64,000 bases of DNA, taken from the NCBI GenBank assembly GCA_964188305.1, contig OZ076892.1; one strand, 5' to 3'. The translations under genes were made by a program, and so were the position numbers. Below, piece by piece: positions 48,696 through 60,626 of this stretch. The notes under the pieces were generated by a model, which searched no databases, was not told the origin of the DNA, and saw only the letters and a list, made by a program, of their open reading frames with translations. The DNA is from Podarcis bocagei (lineage: Eukaryota). The stretch's first letter is position 1. Each line of letters begins with the position of its first letter.

Positions 48696-49834
48696 GCCAC
48701 TGCTGTGGCATGCTCCTCAGAAACAAGAGCTGCCATCTCCTCAATGCCACTTCTACAGGGGCCTCTTGGTGAATAGTAGGCATTGCTGGTCTCCTCCCGC
48801 CCTTGTTTCCAGTGTAGATCTTTATTCCCCACATTGTTTCTGATGTAGATCTTCACTCACCCCATCTTCCCTAGAATGGGAACACCATTTTGTGGTTTGC
48901 CTTAGGCGCCAAAATGTCTTGGGCTGGCCCTGTTCAGAATCATCACAGCCTCCGACTGGAGGCAGAGCATAGCCAACCCAGCTAGTAGCCATCAACAGCT
49001 CTCTCTCTCCTGCATAGATTTGTCCATAGGTGAACGTCAAGAAGAGTTCCATAGGTGAACATCAAGAAATGCTTTCTTTTATCTGCCCTGAATCTTCCGA
49101 CATTCAGCTTCATTAGATGGCCACAAGTTCTAGTATGGAGAAAAGCCTCTCTGTAGCCACTTTCTCCATACCATTCATAATTTTATAAACTTCTATCAGA
49201 AGAACGTAAGTCCACAAGAAGAGCATGCTGGATCAGACCAGTGGCCCACCTTGTCCATCATCGTATTCTCTCTATGACCATCCAGATGCCCCACAATGGG
49301 AAAACCAAAAGGCACGACCCAAACTCAAAAGAGCACTCTCCCCTCCTGAGGTCATGTCACCTTACTTACCTTATCTCTAAATGAAGAAGTCCCAAACATT
49401 TGTACAGTGCCATTCAGAAGCCTCTTAATTTTAGTACACGGACTGACCCTCAATATGAACCATAGGATTATAACACTTCAGACGCAGCAGCTTGTTTTGG
49501 AGCATACACTCCTCCTCTGTACAGTAATAGGAAGAAAGCTTTCTCGAGGGTGGGTCAGGGAAGAAGCCACACAACACTTTTCAGCTCAGCACCTGTCATT
49601 GCCCTGCTTCGCATGCCATGTTACACCATAGCTAACATGAAGCCATGGTTTAATGGGAACAAGTAGCATGTTTGTGCATGCTGCTCAAAAGGTCACCCCG
49701 CTTTGCTCATTCCCCACCCCTGGCCATGCCAGGAGCAACAAAACACAAACCTGGGCATGTCATGTTCACCCCAAAGTGGGTCCCAGGGGAATGATCCTTT
49801 TTCTCAGCTGGGATGGGTGGTTGAGTGACAAAGA

Positions 49835-49835
<1 letters not shown>

Positions 49836-49866
<31 letters not shown>
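49836..49866 (+). repeat. (TG)n microsatellite
   Basis: Direct observation. Confidence 0.95.
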
Positions 49867-49871
<5 letters not shown>

Positions 49872-50021
49872 GAGAGAGAAAAAGACAGAGATCTTGACTT
49901 TTGCATGTCTAGACTATAAACCCTAGAGGTTTAATTATAACCAACAGTGTATTAAGTTCTGTTAAAATAATTAAATAAAGGGTAAGAGCTGTATCCACTG
50001 CTTCACCTAGTTTGGCCTCTG

Positions 50022-50274
50022 AGAGCTAGAATGGTGTAGTGGTTAAGAGCGGTAGACTCGTAACCTGGTGAACCGGGTTCGCATCTCCGCTCCTCCACAT
50101 ACAGCTGCTGGGTGACCTTGGGCCAGTCACACTTCTTTGAAGTCTCTCAGCCTCACTCACCTCACAGAGTGTTTGTTGTGGGGGAGGAAGGGAAAAGGAG
50201 AATGCTAGCCGCTTTGAGACTCCTTCGGGTAGTGATAAAGCGGGATATCAAATCCAAACTCTTCTTCTTCTTCT
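50022..50274 (+). mobile_element. Squam3-like (MIR/Ther1-derived) SINE with (CTT)n tail
   Basis: A-box TGGTGTAGTGG, B-box GGTTCGCATCT, CORE-like gggtgaccttgggccagtcac, L2-type tail then (CTT)n. Confidence 0.75.
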
Positions 50275-51619
50275 CTGGACTGCACCCACCACTGACATTC
50301 TCTGCCAGGAGGCAGTGATGGCAACCAACTTGAATGGCTTTAAAAGAGGACTGGGCAAATTCACAGAGGAGAGGGCTACCCATGGCTACTAGCGACAATG
50401 GCTATGCTCTACCTCCACAGTTGGAGGCAGAAATGCCAGATGCTGGGAACCACGGGAGGGAGAGAGTGCTCTTGTGTTCATGTTCTTCTCCCTGGTTTCC
50501 CACAGGCACCTGGTTGGCCAGTGTGAGAACAGGATGCTGAACTAGATGAGTCATTGGCCTGATCCAGCAGGCTCTTCTTAAGCGCCACCCCCTCTCAAGA
50601 TTGCCCACAACAGAATGTGGCTTTTGGTCTGAAAAAGGCTCCCCTCCGCTGGACATAGCCAGTGAGAGAGATGTGGCAACAGAACCTGGTTTTTCTTCCC
50701 TGCTTCTCAGGATTTGGCGGAGAGGCTTGACAACCTTGTGAGCAGCCGACAGACTGCAGAGCGTTAAATGCACCCTCTTGCATCTTGGGAATTCCCCAAG
50801 GTGGCATGAGCTAAGGGTGTTGCTAAGTAACAGGTGCCCACAGGGACTTTCAAGACGGTCCAGTGTGTATAGTGCCGGCTGGCAGGGATCCCAGCTTCCC
50901 AAGAGGCGGGAAGCAGGTCATGGCTTAGGCATCCATTTGGGCAAACGGCAAAGCAATGGTAGCTATTTCCCTTATCCATCTTCTATGTTCTCCTTATCTT
51001 ATATCTTTCTTTGCTTTGATCAAAAGACAAGCAGAGAGAGGAGGAGTTGGTGACTCTGGTGGTGGGACAAATCTCCACTTGGTATCTTCTAGGCCCTTGT
51101 CTAGTTATCTTCATCAACATCCCCTCCAGGCCACCAAAAAGGACTCCCACATTCTCTGAGCTTCTAACCTCTTTATGTAAACACTTGGCTTGGAAGGTTT
51201 CACCGTCCATCAATATAATTGCTCTCTGCTACCCCCAGCAGAGAGAGTTGGCCCACAGTGAAGCTGCTACACCTCTTGCCTTGAAGTCAAGAGCAATTTA
51301 ATTACTTGGCCATTTTTTCTCTTCCAAACCACTTGGAGGAACCGTTGGGCAGTGGTAAAGGAAGTGGAAGGCAATTAGCAGGGAGCAGATGGGTCTCGCG
51401 TGTCGAAAGGTCTCTTGAGGTAGAGAGCAGTGTTGGCTCCAGGCCATTTTGCCTCTTTGCTTGAAGGCTGGTGTAGTGTCAGAGCTGGCAAAAGGGGGTT
51501 GTAGCAGCAAGGTCACATGAGGTAAGGCAAGATGTCCCCAGAAAATAGGAGTGAGCCTGGTGGAGAACGCAGCGGAAAGGGCATGATTCTCCTCGGACGC
51601 TGGTTGCTGGTGGATCACA

Positions 51620-52120
51620 AGGAGAGCCTGCTGGATCAGGCCAATGGCCCATCGAGTCCCGCATCCTGTTCTCACAGTGACTGACCAGATGCCCCAATGG
51701 GAAGCCCGCAACAAGTATTCAGACACAAGAGGACTGACTCTCCCCTCCTGCAGTTTGCATCAAATAGTACTCAGAAGCATTGCTGCCTCTGGTCATGGAG
51801 ACAGAGCACAGCCATCATGACTGGTAGCCACTGATATGCTCCATGAATTTGTCCAGTCCTCCTTTAAAGCCATCCAAGTTGGTAACCATCACTTCCTCCT
51901 GTAGGAGGGAGTTCCACAGTTTAAGTATGCGCTGCGTGAAGAAGTCCTTTCTTTTATCTGTCTTGAAGCTTCCAACATTCAGCTTCATCGGATGTCCCCA
52001 AGTTCCAGTGCTATGAGAGAGGGAGAAAAACTTTTCTCTATCCACTTCTTCCATGCCACGTATAATTTTAGGAACTTCTGTCATGTCACCTTTTACCCTT
52101 TCTCTGAACTAAAAAGTCCT
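51620..52120 (-). mobile_element. CR1-type LINE 3' fragment (representative of many copies: about 1030-1265, 3830-4170, 21985-22120, 39260-39730, 47895-48070, 48950-49400, 50305-50580, 57850-58290, 59140-59560, 63165-63540)
   Basis: Peptide EKFFSLSH..T.GHPMKL..GSFKTDKRK.FFTQR..KLWNSL; the shared 3' UTR motif ctggatcaggccaatggcccatctagtccagcatcctgttctcacagtggccaaccag is repeated across the window. Confidence 0.85.
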
Positions 52121-52376
52121 ATATGCATGCTGAACAATGTTTTCCTTCAAACAGGATAGTCACCACATTGTGGAAAGGTCAGAAGGGGTTGGGCATTCCA
52201 GCTCCTTTGCTAAGCCCCTTAGGGAATGGACTTAGCTCTACAGTCTCAGGTTCAAACGCAGCTAGGGCTGGGGGAGAATCTCTGGAAAGCCTCAGCAAGT
52301 CAGTGTGAGTAATACTGAATTGGGTCCACCAGTTGTCTGGCTACGTATAACACAGCCTCCTGTCTCTGCCTTAAAC

Positions 52377-52717
52377 GGTAAAGGTACCCCTGATCATTAG
52401 GTCCAGTTGCGGATGACTCTGGGGTTGCGGCGCTCATCTCGCTTTATTGGCCGAGGGAGCCGACATACAGCTTCCGGGTCATGTGGCCAGCATGACTAAG
52501 CTGCTTCAGGCGGACCAGAGCAGCACACAGAAACGTTGTTTACCTTCCCGCCGGAGTGGTACCTATTTATCTACTTGCACTTTGATGTGCTTTTGAACTG
52601 CTAGGTTGGCAGGAGTTGGGACTGAACAACGGGAGCTCACCCCATCGCGGGGATTCGAACCGCCAACCTTCTGATCAGCAAGCCCTAGGCTCTGTGGTTT
52701 AGACCATAGCACCACCC
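52377..52717 (-). mobile_element. Sauria-type SINE
   Basis: Same family sequence. Confidence 0.9.
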
Positions 52718-54899
52718 ACACTTAGGTCCCAGCAATACAAAAGTGGGGTTGTTAAAGAGGATTGTGCTTGAAAAGCCAGTTGTCTGGAGGTGAGCAAGTA
52801 CCACTGCAGCAGGTAGCACCATCATCATCATCATGATCGATGATGATGCAGTTGTATAGTCCAAACCAGGAATCAAGCATTCAGGTTTGTAAGGATGGAG
52901 AGTCCGCGAGTGGCTCAGTTTGTACCTGAACACTTAAGGGTTCTATTCAGTGCTAGTTCTACTCAGAGGCAAGTTGCTGGAATTAATGGACCTCGGTTAA
53001 TTTTTGCGGGTCTGCCCTGAGTTAGTTGTCTACAACCCTAAGCAGCTTACATGCAAGACCTAGCCCAGAGTCAGGTGTTTTATATGACCAAGTGGATCTC
53101 CATTGGTCCCTGGAATCACCTGACCTCTGCTAAGCTGCAGTGCACCCCACTGACCATCCACAATGGTGGTGCTAAAGAGCAATGGAGAGCAACCCAAAAG
53201 CTCTGCTACTACTGTGTCACTGAAAGTACCAGGAAAAGACCTGCTAGGCTGGGAGGGAATGTTAATTTGGTCTGCAATCTTTTGCCTACACATGGCAGTA
53301 AATCTCTTGGAACATGGTGGGACTTACCTCTGAGCAAACAGGTATAAGGATTTTGCTGCATGGGTGACTTTTGCCCAAGGAATTTTATCTTTGTGGATAC
53401 AAACATCCTGATCTGCACCTCTTGGGCTAATGTGCAGACCAGAGTTGAGGTACCCAGCAGATTTCATGCTTCTGTTAATTGTCACCAGTAGCTTAAATCT
53501 AGCAAAATATGGATTTTGCATGTGTCTTTTGAAAGGGAAACATGCGTTTAAATGCTTTTTTTAAAAAAAGAACTACACGTTTGCATACATATTTTGAGAT
53601 TTCTGTTGTTTTCCATGGAAGAGAAATGTGCGAGTTGCTCACTTTGTTTTCAAGTGTTTTTATTTAATTCAACCATTTATATGCCACTTAATTGCAATAT
53701 GGGAGAAGTAAATAAAATGAAACTAAACAGGAGTTAAAACTGTAAAACCAGAATTCGGTTAAAATGCCTGCTGGTGTGTGTGTGTGTGTGTGTATTCCGT
53801 AAGTGCTAGAGGTTAAACAGGGCAAGGGTCTGTTTGGCCTCAGCTTGAAGGGTGTGCCATAAAACTGGACCCACAATACTGAACCCAGCACAGTTCCTGG
53901 TTGCTACGAACCATGCATCCATGCCATGGGGGACCATTAATTGTGACTCCCCCGAAGACCTCACTGATCAAGCAGTGATATAAGGGATCAAGCAGTCTTT
54001 GAGGTATCCTGGACCCAAGTTGTTTGTATAAATAAATACTGTGCAAGCACCTTGAACCTGATGTTCTTTCCATCCCCTGTAGGTTGACCCCACACCTTGC
54101 ATGCAGGAGATTCCAGGTACAATCTCTGCCCAAGACCCTGGAGAAGCCCTTTGAGGCAGTGCAGACAGTTCTGGCAAGTTAGGCCAGTTGGACTGACTTG
54201 GACTTTGCCAAAAAGTCAGTGGCTAGCCTAGAGATTTTTCTTGCCAGGAGTTTTACCTAAATCTGCCTCATCGGTAGGTTTAATCCCATTGTCCCTTGGC
54301 CTGTCCCCAGAGGATGGAGCCAACAGTGTTCTCTTTCCCCTCTGCTCTCACATCCTCCGGATCTTGACCCTGAGATAAATCTGAACTTTTGGGAGCAGTT
54401 AACTGCTGCCATCCACCCCCCCCCCGCCTGCCCACCCAGCTCCCCATCACCTGACCATTGCGACACCTGTCTCGCAGCCGCACGGGGGTGGGGTGGGGGC
54501 TCTCCTCTTTGCCGTGTTCCGATGCCCACACAATTAATCAGCAGACGCCTCCGGAGCAAACCATCTCCACATTTAGCCGCAATCCGGGAGGAGTAGTGTG
54601 TCAGGAGTGGGGGGGGGGAGGCAGAATTTACAAAAACAGCATCAGCTGCCAATGCGATGGCTGGCAGAGCAGATTCCTGCTGACTCAGGCTTTGAAGGTA
54701 CAAACGAGGCTGTTGCGGCAGTGAGAGAGAGGGAAGGAAGGGAGGGGACTGCATCTCTCTTGCCCACGCACTGCCAAATGGATTTCGGCTCGTGTCTCTC
54801 TCTCTCTCTCTGCCCATACTAAATAAATAAGTTGTCTGTCTAGAACCTGGAAAGGAATGGGGTAGAAAGAGAACACCTTTCTCTGGTTTTTTTTTTTTT

Positions 54900-55069
54900 T
54901 TGCCCTGCTACCCCCCCCCCCTCCCCAATTGCTCGTCCATCCAGCCGTCTGGCTTATTTCATTTTTTCCACCATGCCTGCTTGCTAGATCCATCGCCCGC
55001 GTCTCCTTTACTTTGCCGCTTGCTTTTTTTCTTGACTGCCGGTCTAGAAAAGAAGCGACAACATCTAAG
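54900..55069 (+). other. Candidate non-coding (alternative first) exon of the plus-strand neighbour, probably KCNAB2; 5' end approximate
   Basis: Strong donor AAG|GTAGGT at 55070, CpG-enriched unique context (54400-55350), a 4-codon ORF ccaccATGCCTGCTTGCTAG, followed by a long (TC)n tract. Confidence 0.4.
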
Positions 55070-55078
55070 GTAGGTGCG

Positions 55079-55079
<1 letters not shown>

Positions 55080-55134
<55 letters not shown>

Positions 55135-55164
55135 CCCTCTCCCTCTCCCTCTCTCTCTCTCTCT
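55080..55164 (+). repeat. (TC)n / (CCTCTC)n polypyrimidine microsatellite
   Basis: Direct observation; starts about 10 nt after the candidate donor at 55070. Confidence 0.95.
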
Positions 55165-56834
55165 TATTCCCTTTGACTTCTGGGGTGACCTCTCTCCCTC
55201 CCCTGTTTTTGGAAGCTCTCTCCTCCGCCCGCCTCCCCAATTTCCTTTCTTTGCTGCAGGCGACGATTTCTCCTTGAGCTCACTTCTCTCTCCGGCAGAT
55301 GCAGGGCGACAGGAAGCCGGTGTGTGCCCGGGTGCTTTTGCTGGGCTCTTGGGAAATCCTATGCATGTTTCATCAGAAAGAGCGTGTCCCGTTGGGTTCA
55401 AGGGAACTCGCTCCCCTGGAAGCATGTATAGAGGGCTGCAGCCTTGGTGGGGCTTCTAGGAAGCAACCAAAGAGGCAGAGGAGGCTGGCCTCTTTGAAAG
55501 ACAAAAGGCAGAACCCAAATAGTGGACTTGGCTTATTTTAGACTCTGGGGCTTAATGGATTTGGGGAGGGGGAGGTAGTGGTTTTGCTCTTTAACGTGTT
55601 TTTTTTTGCTTTCTCCAAAACATGCACTTGTGGGGACACACACACACACACACATTGCCTGGAGTGCCCCCGTAAAGTCCTTCCCCCATGGTACCACCAA
55701 TAGCTGTTATTAACTCCTTCCCCCATTATTTTCTGCAGTCTATGTTCCTTGCAGCATCAAACCCCACATTATTTTAGGACGATTGAAGAGGTGGAATGCG
55801 GGGACCGATGTGCTGCCACAGGCAGAAGAAACCTCTCCTTCATTGCAGCTCATAGTTTGCGGTTAATTCCCGACCCGTGTGTTTCCAGGTTGACCAGCTA
55901 ATCGGCATAGCCGTTTCCATGGTATCTAGCTAGAAAAACTAGGCTGCCCCTTTTTCTGGTGCAAGGAAAACAAAGTGGATTCTGTTTTGTTTTGTTTTTT
56001 TGTGGGGGTTTTTTAAAGGAAGGGGACATTTTAGCACACAGATTCTCCTCTGCCCTTTGTTCTCTCTGCTCTCTTGTGGTTTTCCTCCGGTGTTGCCAAA
56101 AGCTGAGGGTGGAAGTGAAGAAAGGACTGGGTTGAAATCAATCGGTGGGGGGAGACGCAGCTGCCTGAACATCACCTGCAGTGCATCTGAGAGGAGGGTG
56201 ATCTGTCAGGCACAAGTGTTTCGTCTCTGCCCTGAAATTAATTGCACTTTGAAAGGAAAAGGATAGGATGGGGAACAGCTAGGATTCTGTAACGCAAGGC
56301 AGCGGCGAAGGAAACTGCTGAGAAGGGTTGGTGGCCCTGATTGCAGACGGGCAGTGGACGTCACAGTGCACCACTTTGAGAGAGGCTGCTGGCAGAGCGC
56401 TCAGTGGGACCAGTTTAGGGTGCAGGCAGGGCAGTGGGGAGCTGCAGGGGGTGACTGCGCCAACAAAAACAGGAAAAGAGCAATTTCCAGTTTTGGACTG
56501 TGGAATTCGCATGTTGCCATAGATCTGCTAAGGTTTGCCTGTTTCATTTCAGTACCCAATTTTTTAGTTTTGAGCGCAGTTCACTGTTTTAATCACAGCA
56601 CAATATGAAAGATAGGAAACTCCTTTCTACAGTGTAAAAGCATTCCTCTGTCTAGCTTAGCACTGGCTGCACTGACAGGCAGTGGCCCTCCAGGTTTTCG
56701 GATGGGGCTTTCCCGGTCCTACCTAGAGCTGCCCGGAACTCAACCTGGGACTTTCTAAATTCTGCATGATGGGTGGTGTGTATCCCTCTGTTTGCTTTTT
56801 GCTAACTGGAGGGGTTCTGAAAAGGGGGTTAGAG

Positions 56835-57356
56835 CAGTGTTTCCCAAACGTTTTTGGGCAACGGCACACCTGTTTACCGGAAAAAAATCTCGCGGCACAC
56901 CACCATTAAAGCCCCGCCCCCGTGACGTCAGCGCGCAGCGTCACGCCGGGAGGGACGCACAAAAGTGAAAGTTTTTTCCCTCCCCCTTGCCGGGGTGGGA
57001 GGAGGCAGCAGAGCGAGGGACTGAGGGGCGGCGGCAGCTGAGGCGGCGGCGGCTGCGATAGCGGGCGGAGGAGGGGGCGGCGGCGGGGCTTGAGATCATT
57101 GTTGTTGTTATGGCTGCTGCTGCTGCTGCTGCTGCTAGGGGATCCGGGGACGTGAGCAGGCCTGGCCCGACCTGGGTTGAAGGAGGACAAGCCGGCAGCG
57201 CGCCAAGTGAGTTCGGTTGCGCGCGACGGCCCCCGCTCCCCCCACCCCCGCCGGATCCTCGCCGCCGCCGCCTCTCGCCCGCCTCCCTCCCACGGCACAC
57301 CAGCCGATGTCTCACGGCACAGTAGTGTGCCGCGGAACACCGGTTGGGAAACACTG
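56835..57356 (-). mobile_element. hAT (Charlie-like) non-autonomous element, same family as 10092-10578, opposite orientation, different interior
   Basis: Same TIRs and about 120 bp of near-identical subterminal sequence at each end; perfect 8-bp TSD GGTTAGAG at 56827-56834 and 57357-57364. Confidence 0.92.
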
Positions 57357-58421
57357 GGTTAGAGGAGGTTGCTAGATAGACCAGTGCTCTGAGCTCCGTG
57401 TGAACTTCCTTCTGTAAGCTGCAGTTGTTGCCAACACTCTGGCCACAGTCAAGGAGCGATGACTTCCTGATGTGCCCATGGGGAGAAAGCAGCTTTTCTT
57501 CCCACTTATTAAAATTCATGCTTCTGTAATTCCCAGCTTCTGCTAGATATTTTTGGCTTGGCTTGACGTCCCGCCATTTCTCAGCTCAGAGAAAATGAGT
57601 TTGCGATGGAAGATCGGTGCATGCAAGAGAAATTTCTGCCTAGTGACATTTCAATTACACAGTTAGCCTCTTAGCCGGGAGGATGGGATAATTCTGTTGG
57701 GTACCAGTAGGAAGACAACAATTTCCCCACCAGCCCTCTAATATTCAAGAGCAAAAGCAACCGTGAGGATAAAATAAGGTGCTGTAGGGAGGAGAGAGTG
57801 TCCTAATTATTCAATGGCATTTTAGAGACATGAAGAAAGTGAACATAACATAAAAAGAGCTTACTGGATCAGGCCAATGGTCTATCTAGTCCAGCATCCT
57901 GTTCTCACAGTGGCCAACCAGTTGCCCCCAGTGGGAAACCCATAAGCAGGATCCAGGCACAAGAGCCCTCTCCCCTCCTGTGGTTTCCAGCAACTGGTAT
58001 TCAGAAGCATTGCTGCCTCCAGCTGTGTAGGCAGAGCATAGCCATCATGGCTACTACTGTCCACCATCCAAGTGGGTGACCATCACTGCCTCCTGTGGCA
58101 GTGAGTTCCATAGTTTAAACTAGGTGCTGCATGGAGAAGGACTTGCTTTTCTCTGTCCTGAATCTTCCAACATTCAGGTCCACAAGTTCTACTCTTATGA
58201 GAGAGGGAGGAAAACCTTTTGTCTGTCTGCTTTCTCCATGCCAGGCGTAATTCTATAAACTTCCAACATGTGTCCTCTCTTCCCTATCTTTTCTATAAAC
58301 TAATGGGTGTGGGTGTGAGTGTCTTCTAGCAACTCTAACCACCGTTAAGAAACTACACTTCCCATGATTCTCCAGCGGAAGCCGTAGCTTTTTCAAGTGG
58401 TGGGATATTGCTTTCAATATA

Positions 58422-58639
58422 CAGTGGTACCTCGGGTTACAGATGCTTCAGGTTACTGACTCCATTAACCCAGAAATAGTACCTCGGGTTAAGAACTTTG
58501 CTTCAGGATGAGAACAGAAATTGTGCAGCAGCGGCAGAGGGAGGCCCCATGAGCTAAAGTAGTACCTCAGGTTAAGAACAGTTTCAGGTTAAGAACGGAC
58601 CTCCAGAACGAATTAAGTTCTTAACCCAAGGTACCACTG
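58422..58639. mobile_element. Tc1/mariner-pogo MITE, TA TSD (inverted relative to the 531 copy)
   Basis: TA|CAGTGGTACCTCGGGTTA ... TAACCCAAGGTACCACTG|TA. Confidence 0.9.
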
Positions 58640-59627
58640 TATAGGGCAAATGGGGCCAAAGTTTATGCTACCGCTGAGCTGAAATCTTTACCCTGTCTTT
58701 TGTGGCATGATAGCACCCTGGAGATCTATCATGCTCCTCTTTCTCTTCTCCAGGGAAAATTAACATGCCCAGCTCTTTCACAGGACTAATGAGCAGCAGT
58801 GGTGTAAAAAGGCATCTCCCCTGCTAGGGATCTTTAGGGAACAAATAGAAAAATAAAGCTGCCAATATATTAAAGCTGTTTTACAAATCTGTAGTGCAAC
58901 TGCGTTTGGACTACTGCGCACAGCTCTGGTCATGTCACCTACAAAAGGGTATTGTATGTAGATTTGGAAAAGGTTCAGAGAAAGGCAATCAAAATGATCT
59001 AGGGAGCGGGGAGAGAGCATAACCATAGAATTGTAGAGTTGGAAAGGGACCCTTGGGGTCATTTAGTCCAACTCCCTGTAACTGAGGAATCTCAACTAAA
59101 CTGGAAGTTTGTAGAACTTTGCATGGCATGGATAAAATGGAAGCTTCAGGGCACATAAAAAGAAAGGCCTTTATCGCACAGTGCAGAGTTCAGCTATGGA
59201 ACTCACTGCCACAGGAAGCAATGGATGGCTTTTCTAAAAATTGATTTTTAAATTCAAGCAACGAAACATGCCCATACAAGGAAAACAGAGCTTCGTAGTT
59301 GTGCACAAAAGAAAGAAAACTCAGTTGGCTTTAAAAGAGGATTGACAAATTCCTTGAGCAGAGGGCCATAGACGGCTATTAGCCATGATGATTATGTTCT
59401 GCCTCCACTGTCGGAGGCAGCAATGCTTCTGAATACCAGTTGCTGGGAACTGCAAGAGAGGAAAGTGCTCTTGGGCTTGGATCCTGTTTGCAGGTTTCCC
59501 ACTGGGGTTTCCGGTTGGCCACTTTGAGAACGGGATGCTGGACCATTGACCTGATCCATCGGCTCCATTCTGATCCATTCTGATTTCCTAACCCCCCCCC
59601 CCATCCCCACTCAAAGAACGTGCAGTA

Positions 59628-59848
59628 CAGTGGTACCTCGGATTAAGAACTTAATTCGTTCTGGAGGCCCGTTCTTAACCTGAAACTGTTCTTAACCTGA
59701 GTTAACACTTTAGCTAATGAGGCCTCCCACTGCTACCATGCCGCTGCTGCACGATTTCTGTTCTCATCCTGAAGCAAAGTTCTTAATCCGAGGTACTATT
59801 TCTGGCGGAGTCTATAACCTGAAGTGTCTGTAACCCGAGGTACCACTG
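59628..59848. mobile_element. Tc1/mariner-pogo MITE, TA TSD
   Basis: TA|CAGTGGTACCTCGG ... CCGAGGTACCACTG|TA. Confidence 0.9.
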
Positions 59849-60626
59849 TATATTGTCAATATCTTTCTTAAAATACAGTGCCCAGAGCTGGGCACAGCCC
59901 TCCAGATTGCAGCTTGACTAGCACGGAACAGAGTGGAATTATTACTCCTTGTGAGCTGGACAACTCTGCTTCTGTTAATGCAGCGAAGATTGCATTAGCT
60001 TGTTTAGCAGCAGCATCACACTGCTGGCTCCCATTCAGCTGGCAAAGAAAAGATTCTAATACCTTTGTTAAGTTTCCTCCCATGAGCGAGGAATTGCATT
60101 AAGTATTCACATCCTGTGTAGGAGGTAAACCCCAAAAAAGTCCAGCTGGTGTTGAATTGGAAGCTGACTTATCTCCATGCCAGCCTCCTCCCCGCTAGGG
60201 TCAGAATATAAAAATGGCTATCAGTGAGCATGCTTTTGTCTCCATATTTGTTGCCTTGGGAAGCTCTGCTGGGATAGGACCCTTGGCAGAAGGAATCAGG
60301 CTTCATTTATATGCAGGCTGCTGAATCTTAGAGGCAGTTAAGGTTTGGGACAGGGGCAAGACCCATGCAGAGGCAGGAGGGCAGCTGGGTACATTTACCC
60401 ATGACCCCAGAGGGCTAAGCCAGCTGGGGGGAGGTGGGCACCACCAGGGGCCTGCCAGAATTACACTGCCATGCCAAGAATGCCCCGTGCCAGCTGATCA
60501 GGGACTCCTGCCCCAAGCCTCATACAAGCTCTGCATGGGCCTGGGCAGGGGTCTCCCCCAAAGTCCCTAACTCGTCCCTTCCCACCACTCACTTCTCCCT
60601 TGGAAAGGAGATGGTTTGGGTGAGTA

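Noticed and set aside
54685-55459. 246-aa (minus) and 176-aa (plus) ORFs with ER/SL repeats
   Set aside because: They are produced by the (TC)n microsatellite.
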